Source of the DNA: Octopus vulgaris
Lineage: Eukaryota
NCBI GenBank assembly: GCA_951406725.2
Contig: OX597824.1
Coordinates: 5,084,001-5,148,000 of the forward strand
DNA: 64,000 bases
Reading direction: 5' to 3'
In this document: piece after piece, positions 1-13,440 of the stretch
Numbering within the stretch: the stretch's first letter is position 1
Layout of the letters: every line of letters begins with the position of its first letter
Made by a program: the position numbers and the translations under genes
The notes under the pieces: model-generated
What the model was told of the DNA's origin: nothing
The model's input: only the letters and a program-made list of their open reading frames with translations
Database searches by the model: none

Positions 1-419
1 ATTTTTTAACTTAGATTTATGCATGCAAGCAGCCAGCAGACACAATGTCTCCCTGACATTAGTGATTAAATGTATGCATATACACACATATGCTCACAGT
101 TATGAGTGTATATCATTTGCTTCATAATGTCACAGACTATTGGCTTGAGATTTCTCTTTAACTTGGGTGGCTATATTCATACCCTTATATCATCATTTTA
201 ATGTTTGCTTTGCTTGCATGGGTCAGATGGAATTGTAAGTCATATTTTCTCTATGGTTGGACATGTTTCCACAATATTGGAAACGACGGACACTACTTGA
301 ATGACACATGCTTACAACTGTTATACACATTCCTGGCAACTGATATGTATAGATTAATTGTAGGCAAGACTCACAGTATTTCATTTTGCAATCATGATAT
401 ACTACCAAGTATGTTATAT

Positions 420-760
420 CTGTGCCAGTGGCATGTCAAACCTGTGATGGTGGCACGGAAAAGCACCATACGAGTGTGATTGATGCCAGTGCTGTCTGAC
501 TGGCTCCCATGCTGGTAGCATGTAAAAGGCACCATTTGAATGTGGTCAATGCCAGTGCTGCCAGACTGGTGCCCGTGCAGGTCGCATGTGAAAAGCACCC
601 ACTATACTCTTGGAGTTGTTGGCATTAGGAAGGGCATCCAGCTGTAGGAACCTTGCCAGAACAGAATGGAGCCTGATGCAGCCTCTTGGCTTGCCAGTCG
701 TCAGTCAAACCATTCAACCCATGCCAGCATGGAAAGTGGACGTTAAACGATGATGATGAC
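420..760 (+). mobile_element. SINE-like repeat family 1 (core GTTGGCATTAGGAAGGGCATCCAGCTGTAG, GAT-repeat tail)
   Basis: Matches many other copies in the window and ends gttaaacgatgatgatga. From memory the core resembles the MetaSINE central domain. Confidence 0.8.
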
Positions 761-1064
761 ACTTGGTGGTCTAGTATGGTCACAAGACAAGAAGCTGTGG
801 TCTTTCCAGCAACTGTTGTACAATGGCCAGACAAGGACACCCTTGCTCCCCCATACATTCATGACAGGCTTATTTCAGCTTGTCAACTAAATCCATTCTC
901 AAGGCTTTGGTTGGCTCAAAGACACTGCCCAAGCAAGTTACCACACACTGATGGATCCCACTTTCATGTGGTTGGGAAGAGAGCTTCTTAACCATTCATC
1001 CGTGCCCCTGACACGTACACAGGCCAAGGCTTTATGATGGTAGGCAAATGGCTCATAATATTTT

Positions 1065-1275
1065 ACCTTTTATTTGTTTTGGTCACTGAACTGCAGCCAT
1101 GCTGGAGCACTGCCTTGGAAGGTTGAGTCAAACACTTTGACCCCCCAGTACTTGCTTATAAGCCTGGGACTTATTTTGTTGGCTTCTTTCTCCAAACTGC
1201 TAAATTACAAGGATGTAAACACACCAACACTGGTTGTCAAACAGTGGTGGGGGACAAACAGAGACTCACACAAAG
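1065..1275 (-). mobile_element. SINE family 2, 3' fragment
   Basis: Reverse complement of the 3' half of the 4939-5312 copy. Confidence 0.65.
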
Positions 1276-1288
1276 ATATGTGCGTGTG

Positions 1289-1520
1289 AAGGCGTGTGGC
1301 TTAGTGGTTAGGGTGTTGGACTCCTGATTGTAAGATTATGGTTTCAATTCCTGGGCCATTATGTTTTTGAGCAAATCACTTCATTTCATGTTGCTCAGGC
1401 CACTCGACTGGCAAAACAGTAATCCTGTGACAGACTGTCATCCTGTCCAAGTAGGGAACATATATGTCTTGGAAACCATGAAACTGTTCCTATGAGTCTA
1501 TATGACTCAGAACGGAACTT
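1289..1520 (+). mobile_element. tRNA-derived SINE (family 3)
   Basis: A box TGGCTTAGTGG and B-box-like GGTTTCAATTCC. Similar to the copy at 38049. Confidence 0.7.
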
Positions 1521-2086
1521 TATATTGATGATTGTGTGTGTGTGTGTGTGTGTGTGAGAGTTTATTTCACTTGCCATCTGCCACATCCAATCACAAGGCT
1601 TTGGTCAGCCTGAGGCTATATCAGAAGACTTCTGCCTCTTTTATCGAGTTCAAATTCTGTTGAGGTTGATAAAATATATACCAGTTATGTTCTTGGGTTG
1701 ATGTAATCAACTTGCCTCCTCCCTTCAAAATTGCTGACCTTGTGCAAAAATTAGAATTTATAGTTTTGTTTTGAAAGCTTAACATAGAAGCTGTGGAGGA
1801 GTTGTTTCGTGTCTAACTGTATGTTACAATCATTTTAAAATCAGAATGACAAAAATGTTTATTTTCTTGAACAAAATATGGATCGTGTCCTTCTATTGAT
1901 TCAGACCTATGTAGGTTGACTACTTAGTGTTTGACAATTATCAAATATAAGTATATAACATTATGGTGTTGGTGTGTTTGTGTTGGGGGAAAATATTGAT
2001 ATCTAAAATGGACACAAGGCTACTTTTTTTTTTTGTGTGTGCGTGGGTGTAGTTTATGAAATAGATGCCAGTACATGTACTTTTAT

Positions 2087-2375
2087 GGAGGCACATGGCC
2101 TACTGGTTAGAGGAGCGGACTCATGGTCAAGGGATCGCGGGTTTGAATCTCAGACCGGGCGATGTGTGTGTTTATGAGCAAAACACCTAAGCTCCACGCG
2201 GCTCCAGCAGAAGGTAATGGCAAACTTCTGCTAACTCTTTCGCCACAACTTTCTCTCACTCTTTCCTCCTGCATCTAGCAGCTCACCTGTGATGGACCGG
2301 CATCCTGTCCAGATGGGGAACCTATATCCCAAGGAAACCGGCCCTTATGAGCCAGGCATGGCTCGAGAAGGAACA
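2087..2375 (+). mobile_element. tRNA-derived SINE (family 3 related)
   Basis: ggaggcacatggcctactggttag head with GGTTTGAATC B box. Body shared with other copies. Confidence 0.75.
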
Positions 2376-2587
2376 AGCATGCACTTTTATTTTACCCCCC
2401 CCTACTCCATATATGAAAGGTAGACTTGACCCCTTATGCGATTTTGAACTTGAAAGTTGTGAGATGTCATTACTTTTGTCTATCATGCTACTCTTCCTGA
2501 CTGTGGGTTACCCTTGCTGTGGAAATGTTAAAATCTGTACTGGCTGTGAGTAGTTATTCATTTTAACAATATCAAACTAAAAAATAG

Positions 2588-2797
2588 CAGCGAGCTGGCA
2601 GAATGGTTAGCACACTGGGCGAAATGCTCAGCAGTATTTCGCCTTCCGTTACGTTCTGAGTTCAAATTCCGCCGAGGTTGACTCTGCCTTTCATCCTTTC
2701 GGGGTGGATAAATTAAGTACCATTGCGTACTGAGGTCGATCTAATCGACTGGCCCCCTTCCCCAATAATTTCAGGCCTTGTGCCTAGAGTAGAAAAG
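2588..2797 (+). mobile_element. tRNA-derived SINE with Deu/Nin-like domain
   Basis: TGGCAGAATGG A box, GAGTTCAAATTCC B box, then GCCTTTCATCCTTTCGGGGTGGATAAATTAAGTACC. Confidence 0.75.
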
Positions 2798-3951
2798 CAT
2801 ATCAAACTGAAAATATGTAATTCATTTTAAAATCAATGCAATGACAATATTTGAGTATTAATCAGGTTTAATATGACAAAACTGTCATAAAAACAGAAAT
2901 TTCAATCCAGTCCCAAGACATTGCAAATGTTTTTGAATCGGAATGGTTTATTGAAATATCAATACATAACGTAACCAGAAAGAGAGCCACTGTACATTTG
3001 GAACAGAAGCAAAATTTCCTTTGAATCACACTCGTGCCATGTTGGGGAAAAGGACTTAGCAGATAGTGTGATCCTCGAATCACTATGCCTGAAATTATGA
3101 AGTGGTGGTTTTGAATAGTTTTTGATCAAAAGTCTGCTTGATCAGAGTTGACCTCAGGTTAAACCTAGGCATGAAGTCACTCACAAGCACGACCCAACCA
3201 CAGATGTGGTGTCTTTCTGTGCTTTTTCTACATCATCTAAAATGGATTTTGCTCTTCAGAGCTAACCTCATGCCACCGCTATTTGTGGATATTAAACACT
3301 CTTTTTCTCTTCACCTGTATTGTGTCCCTTCTCTGCACATAGCTTTCTTCAAGTAGTCAGCTTGTAATAGTTAACTGGAATATTAAGGGTACCAACAGCA
3401 GCAGTTTCAGAGGGCCTGTGAAGACCATGGGTACGGAAGAAGACATTGTTTTGGTTTCTTCATAATCATTAAGAACTAACATTTTTATGGACTTACGAGG
3501 ACATAGCTCTGACTGCAGCACTAAAATCTGCAACTTAAAAATTTACATAGAATTTTTGTTTTGATATGTGTCAGGGAGTTTTCCAAGTCCTTACTGGGTG
3601 ATATAATTCAGTATGGAGAATAAAAATAACCTTTGACTGTTGTTCATAAATTTGTGCAACAAAGAGAATGAATTTAAGAAAAAATATCCAACAGCTTTTG
3701 GATTATGTCTAAATTATGAGCTCCTGTAGTGTTAAGTTTTTTTGATTTTTGCTATAGACATATTGTTGTCAGTTTATATCATCCACATTTCCATGTTTGC
3801 ATGATTTAGAGGAAGTTTATTGAGGCAGATTTCCAATGGCTGAATGCCCTTCTTGTCACCAACTCTCACTTGTTTTTAAGTAAGGTAATATTTCCCCATG
3901 ACCAAACATTTTTTTGCTGACTATTGCTAATGAAATGCAACTGCTTGTATG

Positions 3952-4611
3952 GGTGCTATGTCTTTTCGTCCGACGTCACTTCGTCAAATGTCTTTTCGTC
4001 CGACGTCACTTCGTCAAATGTCTTTTCGTCCGACGTCACTTCGTCAAATGTCTTTTCGTCCGACGTCACTTCGTCAAATGTCTTTTCGTCCGACGTCACT
4101 TCGTCAAATGTCTTTTCGTCCGACGTCACTTCGTCAAATGTCTTTTCGTCCGACGTCGCTTTGTCAAATGTCTTTTCGTCTGACGTCGCTTCGTCCGATG
4201 TCACTTCGTCAAATGTCTTTTCGTCCGACGTCACTTTGTCAAATGTCTTTTCGTCTGACGTCGCTTCGTCCGATGTCACTTCGTCAAATGTCTTTTCGTC
4301 CGACGTCACTTTGTCAAATGTCTTTTCGTCTGACGTCACTTTGTCAAATGTCTTTTCGTCTGACGTCACTTCGTCAAATGTCTTTTCATCCGACGTCACT
4401 TCGTCAAATGTCTTTTCGTTTGACATCTTTTTGATGATTTTTTTTTTGTCCAACGACAAATCCTATTAATAAAATTCTCAATGATTATTTGATTTGATGT
4501 TCACCTTGTTTTCTAAAGGGTTTATTTAAAATTGGGCAAAAAGGCGCACAAAAAACATCATCAGACCAAAAGACATGGACAAAGTGACATTGAATTGAAA
4601 GTCTGGTCATG
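3952..4611. mobile_element. Non-autonomous Mutator/Foldback-like element with internal tandem array
   Basis: Flanked by direct repeat GCTTGTATG (3943-3951, 4612-4620). Degenerate inverted copies of the array unit lie near the right end. It interrupts an older repeat. Confidence 0.65.
3958..4425. repeat. 30-bp minisatellite (tcttttcgtccgacgtcacttcgtcaaatg, two related 15-mers), about 15 units
   Basis: Directly visible; the first 6 units are perfect. It explains the repetitive ORFs on both strands. Confidence 0.97.
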
Positions 4612-4938
4612 GCTTGTATGGCAGTGATGCTCATTTACACCCATCATGCAATATCAAGACAAGGACGCACAGACACAGGATGGGCTTTCACCATCCGAGC
4701 GTGATCATTGCCAGAGCAGCTAACTGGCTTCCGTGCCGGTGGCATGTAAAAAGCATCATTCGAGTGTGATCATTACTAGCATCACCTTATTGGCACCTGT
4801 GCCGGTGGTGTGTGAAAAATCATTCGAGCGAGGATATTGCCAGTGTGTGATAGTCATGAGTGCCACTGTTACACTAGTGGTGTCACTAACTTTGTCTTCC
4901 ATGGGAACATGTGCAGCCAGGAGAAAAATTGCCTTTCA

Positions 4939-5312
4939 GGTGCAGGAGTGGCTGTGTGGTAAGTAGCTTGCTTACGAACCACATGGTTCTGGGTTCAGTC
5001 CCACTGCATGGTACCTTGGGCAAGTGTCATCTATTATAGCCTCAGGCCGACCAAAGCCTTGTGAGTGGATTTGGTAGATGGAAACTGAAAGAAGCCCGTC
5101 ATATATATGTGTGTGTGTATGTTTGTGTGTCTGTGTTTGTCCCCCCAACATCGCTTGACAACCGATGTCGATGTGTTTACGTCCCCGTAACTTAGCAGTT
5201 CGGTATAAGAAACCGATAGAATAAGTACTAGGCTTATAAAAAATAAGTCCTTGAGCCGGCTAAAGGTGATGCCCCAGCATGGCCGCAGTCAAATGACTGA
5301 AACAAGTAAAAT
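4939..5312 (+). mobile_element. tRNA-derived SINE family 2, near full length
   Basis: ggtgcaggagtggctgtgtggtaag...GGGTTCAGTCCC head, internal (TA)/(TG) tract, tail tgactgaaacaagtaaaa. Confidence 0.85.
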
Positions 5313-5914
5313 AGTTTCTTGGAAAATGGTACAATAGAATGTTATTGAATGCAGCTACATTGGTGCTTAGCATGTTCTGCAGTCTTCAGGCTTTAGTCTT
5401 TGATATATTTTCCTCTTAGTCTTCTAATTTGTTGCTGAAATCTCTTCAAAGCTTCAATATATTTGATGCACAAAGCAATATTTTTAGATGACATTAACGA
5501 TGTGCCAATGTGTTAAACAAGATGACTATTTAGATGAATGAGCCTTGATGCTGAATTTCTCTATATTTGAAGGACATCAAATTTTGTTGACCAGAGTTGG
5601 TGAAAATGTGAGGAAAAAAGCTATTTAGAAGTGGGTTGTCCTAGATTTGAGCAAGGAACTTTTTTTTTTAATTTATGAAGCCTCTGAAACTACGCTAACT
5701 TTTTTCTTTTTTCTTTTTTTTTTTACAATTAGTTGTAATTTGAGAGATTTAAATGCTATTTTTAACAACTTGATTGCTTACTCTCTATTAGACTGGAAAA
5801 AAATAATGTAATTATTCAGCTTTTGCAAGTTAAATGATCTTGGCTGTTTAAATGGTTTGTTTGGTGCAGGTTTCTTCATGACGAAAGAACAAGATATAAA
5901 ATCATATATAATTG

Positions 5915-6450
5915 ACAGAGCGGCTAACTGGCTTCAGTGCCAGTGACACTTAAAAGGCACCATTCGAGTGTGACCATTGACAGAGCAGCTAACCAGCTTC
6001 CATGCCAGTGGCACATAAAAGGCACCATTTGAGCGTGATCGTTACCAGCATCGCCTTACTGGCACTCGAGCCCCGTACTAGTAGGGTATTAAGAGCACCA
6101 TCCGAGCATGATCATTGCCAGAGCGGCTATCTAGCCTCCGTGCCAGTGGCATGTAAAAGACACCATTTGAGCGTGATCGTTACCAGCATCGCCTTACTGG
6201 CACCTGTGCTGGTGGCATGTGTAAAAGATTCGAGTGAGGTTGTTGCCAGTATCGCCTGACTGCTGGTGACACGTAAAAGCACCCACTACACTCTCGGAGT
6301 GGTTGGCATGAGGAAGGGCATCCAGCTGTAGAAACTCTGCCAGATCAATATTGGAGCCTGGTGCGGCCATCTGGTTCGCCAGACCTCAGTCAAATCGTCC
6401 AACCCATGCTAGCATGGAAAGCGGACGTTAAACGATTATGATGATGATGA
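5915..6450 (+). mobile_element. SINE-like family 1 with internal tandem subrepeats
   Basis: Repeated gtgccagtggca..taaaag.cacc units, then the core and GAT tail. Confidence 0.85.
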
Positions 6451-7048
6451 TCTTCGTCTAACTACTTCTGAAATCTTAGATGCAGTTATTTTCTACTTAC
6501 AGCTCAAATTACTTTTTAGTCGATATGTACAAGGAGCAACCATTAATCATTAACTGGACATTAAAATGATGATATCCAGATTAGTAACTTGCTCTTGTAT
6601 CTTATTGGTAGTTGTTGAATTCCAGGTTGGTCCTGATTGATCTGGCCAATATCTTTTTAAGGAAAATATGAACTATCTTATATATTGTGTCACTCCTGTT
6701 AAGATGGTGGAGTGTGATTTGGCTGGTATTTTTAGCAAGTTGAACTGTAACATAGTTTCTTCAAAGTTTTTGGTGTTTCATTCATAAATTCTCAGTTTGT
6801 CTTGTATGTGTACCTTTTGCAAATTCAAAAGGCTTTAATCTTATTCTTATCCAGACAAGATCCTTGATGAATTTCCCAATGATTTGTAACTGTCCTTTGT
6901 CCAGAGACAAAATCCTCATCTGATATTACTACTAATTTTTGAAACTCTTCAATTCCTTTTCATCCTTACCTATTCTGCTAGACAAGTCTTTAATCTTTCA
7001 CTCTGAGTTCGATATTCTATATTATTTATTTGAAGTTCTTATATATTA

Positions 7049-8315
7049 TTGGGTCATCCCATAAATAATGTTTTTTTTTTTTTCAATTGCGTGAACTAAG
7101 AGTTGGAAGGGGGGAAAACTACCTGCATCAACTTGCTATAAAGAAGGTAGTAATTTTACTTTGTCCTTATTCTTAGTGCAAGTTTTGAAGAGTGCAGTTT
7201 GATTTTAAGTTAATTTTTTCAAAGCTGTAATAGAAGTGACAGATGAGCATATTTGGCATATTTTGCTTTGAGTTTAATAAAGGCAACAATGCAACAAAAA
7301 GTGCGAGGAATATTAATGCAGTTTATGGGGATTGGACAGGAAGCGTAAGCCAGTGTCAACAGTGGTTCCAGAAATTCTGAGCCGGTAACTACAGGTTAGA
7401 AGATGAGCTTCATCCTGGAAGATTTGTAGAGCTCGACAAGGATGTCCTGCAAACCCTGGTGGAACAAAATCCCATTGTAACTGTTGAGGAACTAGCAGAG
7501 AAGCTTGGATTTGGTCATTCAACTATTCATTGACACTCGTGTGCTATCGGAGAAGTCACCAAATTGGGTCAATGGGTTCCTCACAAACTTTCCGAGTCTA
7601 ATTGCGTGCAGAATGAATGTGTGCTCTGCTGTCGTGCTTCACAAATGAACCTTTTTGGAACCGAATAGTGACTGGTGATGGAAATGGTTTTTATAAAAAT
7701 GTTAAGTGTCGAAGACAGTGGGTGGGGAAAGGAGAAGCACTGGCACCCCAGGCTAAAGAAGGTCTTCACTCACATAAGGTGTTATCTGTTTGGTGGGATA
7801 TGAAAGGTTTAGTCCACATCGAACTTTTAAACCCAAACCAAACGATAACAAAGATCTACTGCAAGCAACTTGAGCGGCTTAAGTCAGTGGCAGAAAAATA
7901 AACTACCGCCTATGGTTTCAAGACAAAAGGTGTTCTTCCATCAGGATAATGCTTGGCCACATAGAGCAAGGATGACATTCCAAAGACTGGAGCAGTTTGA
8001 ATGGGAAATGATGCCCCACCCACCATATTTGCTGGACATTGCCCCATCTGATTATCATTTATTCTGCAGTCTTCAAAATCATTTGAACAGAAAAGATATA
8101 AATTCTATTGACGGGGTCAGAACGGTACTGGAGGAGTATTTTCCATCATGGACAAGCAAATTTTGGAAGAGGGGCCTTGCAAGTCTACCAGATAGATGGA
8201 AAAGTATTGTAGAAATGTAGAAAATGGATAGCATATTTTAGGTTAAAAAAGGACTTTATCTTAATTTAGAAAAAATAAAAGTATAAAAAAAACCCATTAT
8301 TTATGGATGACCCAA
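7049..8315 (+). mobile_element. Full-length but decayed mariner (DD34D) transposon
   Basis: TIR TTGGGTCATCC(C)ATAAATAATG at both ends, TA on each side (7047-48, 8316-17), 1267 bp. Frameshifted transposase with RIVTGD, SVWWD, FHQDNAWPH and HPPYLLDIAPSDYHLF; 34 residues between the 2nd and 3rd Asp. Confidence 0.95.
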
Positions 8316-8669
8316 TATATATCCACCTTATTTTTGATATCTCTATCCATGTCCTAAACAAGAGTTCAGCCACCATATTAGGCATGAGATAGCTTTTTTG
8401 GATATGTTGGCTTTCTTCACCTTGATTTTGATAAATGTTGAATCCTTATTTTATAGTTGAAATAATGTACAACGTATGGGATTCATATTTTCAATGTAAT
8501 TTGCCAACATAGAATGTTTGATATTGTGGTTTAGTTTCCCTGTCTCTTCAGATTCAGTTGGAAGTGTTCATTCATGTCTAAACCACTTTTGACTGGAATT
8601 GCTCATTCTTACATAATTTTCTTATTGTATGAACTCTACACTGTTCATTCTTTGAGTCAATGATATCGT

Positions 8670-8945
8670 AATCATCGTTAAATGTCCGTTCTCTATGCTA
8701 GCATGGGTTGGACGGTTCGACCGGGGTCTGGGAAGCCAGGAGGCTGCACCAGGCTCCAGTCTGATCTGGCAGTGTTTCTACAGCTGGATGCCCTTCCTAA
8801 TGCCAACCACTCCGTGAGTGTAGTGGGTGCTTTTTACATGCCACCAGCATGGAAGTCAGTCAAGGTGGCGCTGGCATTGGCCACGTTCGGATGGTGCTTT
8901 TAATATGCCACTGGCACTGGTATCACAGCTACAATTTTCATTTGA
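8670..8945 (-). mobile_element. SINE-like family 1
   Basis: Reverse complement of the family-1 core. Confidence 0.8.
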
Positions 8946-10139
8946 CTTTTTTTATTTTGATGTTGATGAACTTCACTCGCCCCGCAATATATATATATAT
9001 GAATTCAGTTGTATTTTTGCAACACAGTATTTATCATCAGAGTACCATGGCCTAAGTTACTTGAGCTATTGAAAGCTGAATGGTTCCTTTTTGGACACAG
9101 GTCAATGTTATAGATGGAACTGTAACAGATGCACTCCATGTTAGCAAAGTTATTTTTCTTTTTGACTAAACCTCATGCCAGAGTAACTAGCCTTTTAGGC
9201 TATGAGTGTGATTATCAGATAAACTATATTTAATTCACATTTTGCTTCCTTTCAGCATTGTGTCTTTTCCTAATATGCTACAAAAAGCTAATTTATTCTT
9301 TGTGGGAATCCTTATACAAATGATCCTGAATTTACAGAAATCGTCATTAAATTTTAAAGCATAAAGGAAGTCCTTTGGGACGTTAGGCCAACGTCATCTG
9401 CTTCAGGAATAATGGAGCCCTACGTGGTCACTGGAGTTCCTGGAAATAGCAACTAAATTTTTTTTTTTAAATACCGTACTGTTTTAAATAAAATATTATT
9501 TCTTAGATAGCCCATTAAGGATGTATGTTCACGGCTGGGATTCCTTGATTTTTGGGGCTCTCTCCTGTCCAGTTGTTAATGATGTCTACCCCCATCCTTA
9601 AAGTTCCCATTTTATGACCATGATTGGTAGTAATTTTAGTATTTTGAGTTAGAATCCTCTTGTCCTATTTCCTTCTTAAATTTTCGGATGTGTGAGAGAG
9701 AGCTCACAGATCATTTTTATTCGACTATTTTCCACCACAATACTTTGCTAAAGTTAAACAATGAGCATATTCTTTCCTGGCTGACTAACTAAATAAATAA
9801 ATGAAAAACGGTATGCCAAGTGCCATGAAGAAGAACTGGAAGTGGCGTGAGATGGTTCACTCTGAAGAACCAACAGAAACGGCAATTGTAGTAGCGGTTA
9901 CCCATCATCCTTCACCACTACGTCAGTAACTGCTGTTCCATCAATTGACTCTCCTCCCTACTTTACTTCCCTCTCACTGTTTCACTCCAACCCCTCTCTC
10001 TTTCCTCTTACTGTTTCACTCCAACCCTCACTCTCACTCTCTCTATATTCTAAATTGAGGTGTGGTCCTTCTTCCTATAGATAACATTGTAACAGTTTTT
10101 TTCATTTATAAAATTTTATTAAATTTATATTTTAATCAA

Positions 10140-10778
10140 ACACTTCCTCGGATTAATCCTTAATTACTTTATTTCGTCGCTGCTTTCTTGCTCTCGTTAA
10201 TTCGTGTAACCGTATTAAGTGCTACACCCTCGAATTTGCATTGTCTGAGTGTAGCCGCCATTTGCAAATCGCAAGTGTGACAACATTACTACCACCACGA
10301 GAATATTTCCTACCACTATTCCCCTCACTTCCACCTTATTACCAGTCATACTACAATAACCTCCCCCCTCACTCTCTCTCTCTGGTCATTCTCTTTAGTA
10401 CTTCCTCCACCCACCCTTTCTATATCTACTACTACCACCACCCTACTATTACACTATCACTCCCGCTTTCAAGTCATAACGCGGTTACTACTACAATACA
10501 CCGCTTCTTTCCCCCTCTCTCTCGTTTTTAACTTTCTACTCCCACCACCACTACTACATCCACCGTGCAATCTTCTACTACCACTACTACCATCACACCC
10601 ATCTTTACCAGTCAAAATACTGTTACCACCACCATCACCACCACACATCCGCTGCCGCCACCACCATCATCCTTCTATCTACTCGTTCTCTTTACTACTT
10701 CCCCCCACCACTCCCTGATACTATAAGCCATCAGCAGCAGCAATAGTACGGCTGTTGTTGTTGTTGTTCGAGGTGAGT
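10140..10778 (+). promoter_or_regulatory. Candidate promoter / non-coding first exon of RhoA
   Basis: YY1-like GCCGCCATTT at 10254-10263, a C-rich leader-like tract, and a consensus donor GAG|GTGAGT at 10772/10773. The RhoA ATG exon starts at an acceptor, so an upstream non-coding exon is expected. Confidence 0.35.
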
Positions 10779-12445
10779 TCGACTGACATAAAACTTAAAC
10801 CTACTTTACTTAAGTAAGTAAAATTACCTTAATTCCGATCGATTTTTCACTAATAATTCCGTACTTTCTTTCTAATTACCACATCCCATCCTTCTCCCCA
10901 ATCTTTTTGGCCACATTATTGTTTCTTTGATGGTATTACCACTCTATATATACCACAGTATAATACACTTTATATCTATATATACACTGTATGTCTATGT
11001 ATATATATATGTGTCTGTATACACACATACATATATATATATATATATGTGGGTATATACACAATTTATATTATGGTTTTAACTCATTAATTTGTGGTAT
11101 TTTATTCTTAATTTCTCTAATCTGCTTTTTTGATTCTTTTCAAAGCCCAAATGTCGTCGGTGCTTTAATTAAGCCGCATTTTGTGTAATTTAAAAGGAAA
11201 AAAATATTATGATGTCTCTTCTTTGGAACCATATATACCAAAGGATTATTATTATATTTTTGTATTTAATTCCATCCTAGTCCACCTCCCACTCGATTAT
11301 ATATATTTATATCATTCATTGTTTGCACGAATAATACAAATTTCTGTCTTCTTCTTGTTGTAATTAATAATATCCAACGAAGAAGTTTTAAGGTGGAGAA
11401 GATTTCGTTTCCGTTTCTTTTAAAAAAAAAATATTTTCTCTTTTTTTCTAAAATCAGGTCACAAAAGAAAGTGAAGTAAAAATGGATTTCCCAACTGCAT
11501 GATTCTTATTTTTTTCCATAAATTTCTGTGAAATCCTCGAGAAGGAAACAATTAATCAGAAGCGATGAGCTTTTAAAAACTTTTAAGAAACTTATTTAAA
11601 TCCGGTTCGGTTTTTAGAGGCGACTCGGGTTCTTATCTAATTAATTTAACCCTGATTCATATCCAATATATTCACCTCCATCCGTTTGTTTAGCTTTAAA
11701 TTAGATTTTTAATTAGGAAAATAAGAAAAAAAAAACCGATTCATTGTTTTGCTCCGAATCGGTTAAAACCTATGACTAAAGGAAATCCAATGTGACCATC
11801 CCGTTTTTACTTCATATCTCTTCAGTGTAATTTGGACTCTTAACCACTTTTATTTTCTGAAATGCTTGGGCGGAGACATTTAGACAGTTTATGTAATACA
11901 ATATTACCTAATGTCTCATTTTAAAGACAAGAATGTAGTTTGATGGGTATAGGGTTGCTATTTCTAGCAGGTCGTGGCACAGAGCCTCTCCCTCTCCATT
12001 AAGCTTTGCTATTTCATCATGAAAAAAAATATCCTAATTCACTTCTATATATTTCCTCGTTCCTTCTCTCATATTCTCTCCAATTTGTCATTAACTAAAG
12101 TACCATACATCATTTTACGCTTCTCATTAAACTCTCGTGAGCTTTATCTCTTTTATTAACCATTTTTCAGATGGTTTTTTTTAAAACATCCTTTATTAAT
12201 TTACTCCGACCTTTTTTCCCCCTTTTTTTTTTTCACTTCCAAATTTTCAATTCTTAAGCCAGGTTTTAAACGAAGCCACATATGTTTATATATCGTTCTT
12301 CTATTTCATTTCTGTGCTTCAAGAAATCCTGCTGCCAGTAGAGATTTCTGCCTTTTTAACCTTTGCTCCATTCCGTCCTTCCTGGCTGTCATTTTCTCCT
12401 CCATCTTAGCTTTCTCTGTTAAGCTTTATATACGTGGTATATACA

Positions 12446-12480
<35 letters not shown>

Positions 12481-13199
12481 GTATGTATATGAAATATGAA
12501 TTGTAGATAAAACCACTGTTATGCAACTCAATTTGATCTCTAATGCATATTTTATATATTTATACTGTGAAATTTGATTTAATACTAAATTGAATTTTTC
12601 CCTATAAGTTTGGAGTTATACTCCCTAATATTATTATTATTATTATATATATATATATGTGTGTGTGTGTATATGTATATATATTCTCCTTTGTAAGTTT
12701 ATCGTTAATTTCTTTCTAATGAAAATGGGAAACTTATAGGACAGGTATGTCATGTGTGCGCCTACGTATAATATAACTTTGCTGCACACACATCTTCCAT
12801 CTGAATAAAATAGTATGGCGTTTAAATTATATCTCGGTATGAGGTTATGAAGTGGAGATAGGATGTGAAATTGATGTAGGTGGTGGTGGAAATAAGTTTT
12901 TAAGGCTGTGATTATTTCTTTTCCCCCTTAAAATTTCGTGAAGCTGACTGCTTTAGTGAGGTAGTTTGGGAAAGAAAGCTCTGTGTATGTCTGTATGTGT
13001 GTGAGTGTATATCTATATATATATGTGTGTGTGTTTGTGGGTGTGAGACAATTTGTGAGTGAGACGGATATCGTGCATCGTAGATGTATATCTATATCCT
13101 TATATTTGTATGTAGGTGTGTTTGTGTGAAATTGTTTGCGAGTTCTAATATCTAATGTAGATCTTGTGTGAGTGAGTGAGAGAGACAGAGTGAAGAGTG

Positions 13200-13440
13200 A
13201 AGGGGGGGCTCTGCTGTTGCTTGTCATCGCGATCGCCATTTTGCTTTCAGCCCAATTTCTTCTCTTCCTCCACTTCCAACAGATGTAACTTACATAACGG
13301 CTTTGCTGCATTCTATAATAAAAGATAACCGTCTAAACCTATCTTCTACCTGTGTAAATCACAACACACGGTACCCCACGAAGCTGTATCGAATCGCTTA
13401 GGCGCTGTAATTCGAACGTTCTCAATGAACCGTCCTCAAT
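13200..13440 (+). promoter_or_regulatory. Second candidate promoter / 5' UTR region
   Basis: YY1-like CGCCATTTTG at 13234-13243 in a locally CpG-richer segment after a GT/GA tract. Confidence 0.3.

Noticed and set aside
3914-4469. Repetitive ORFs and CRISPR-like appearance of the 30-bp array
   Set aside because: The units are contiguous with no unique spacers and the context is eukaryotic. The ORFs are by-products of a stop-free repeat.
12928-13311. Divergent minus-strand gene starting at AAAATGGCG
   Set aside because: The ORF runs into GT/CA low-complexity sequence with no recognisable domain. The motif is better read as a YY1-like site.
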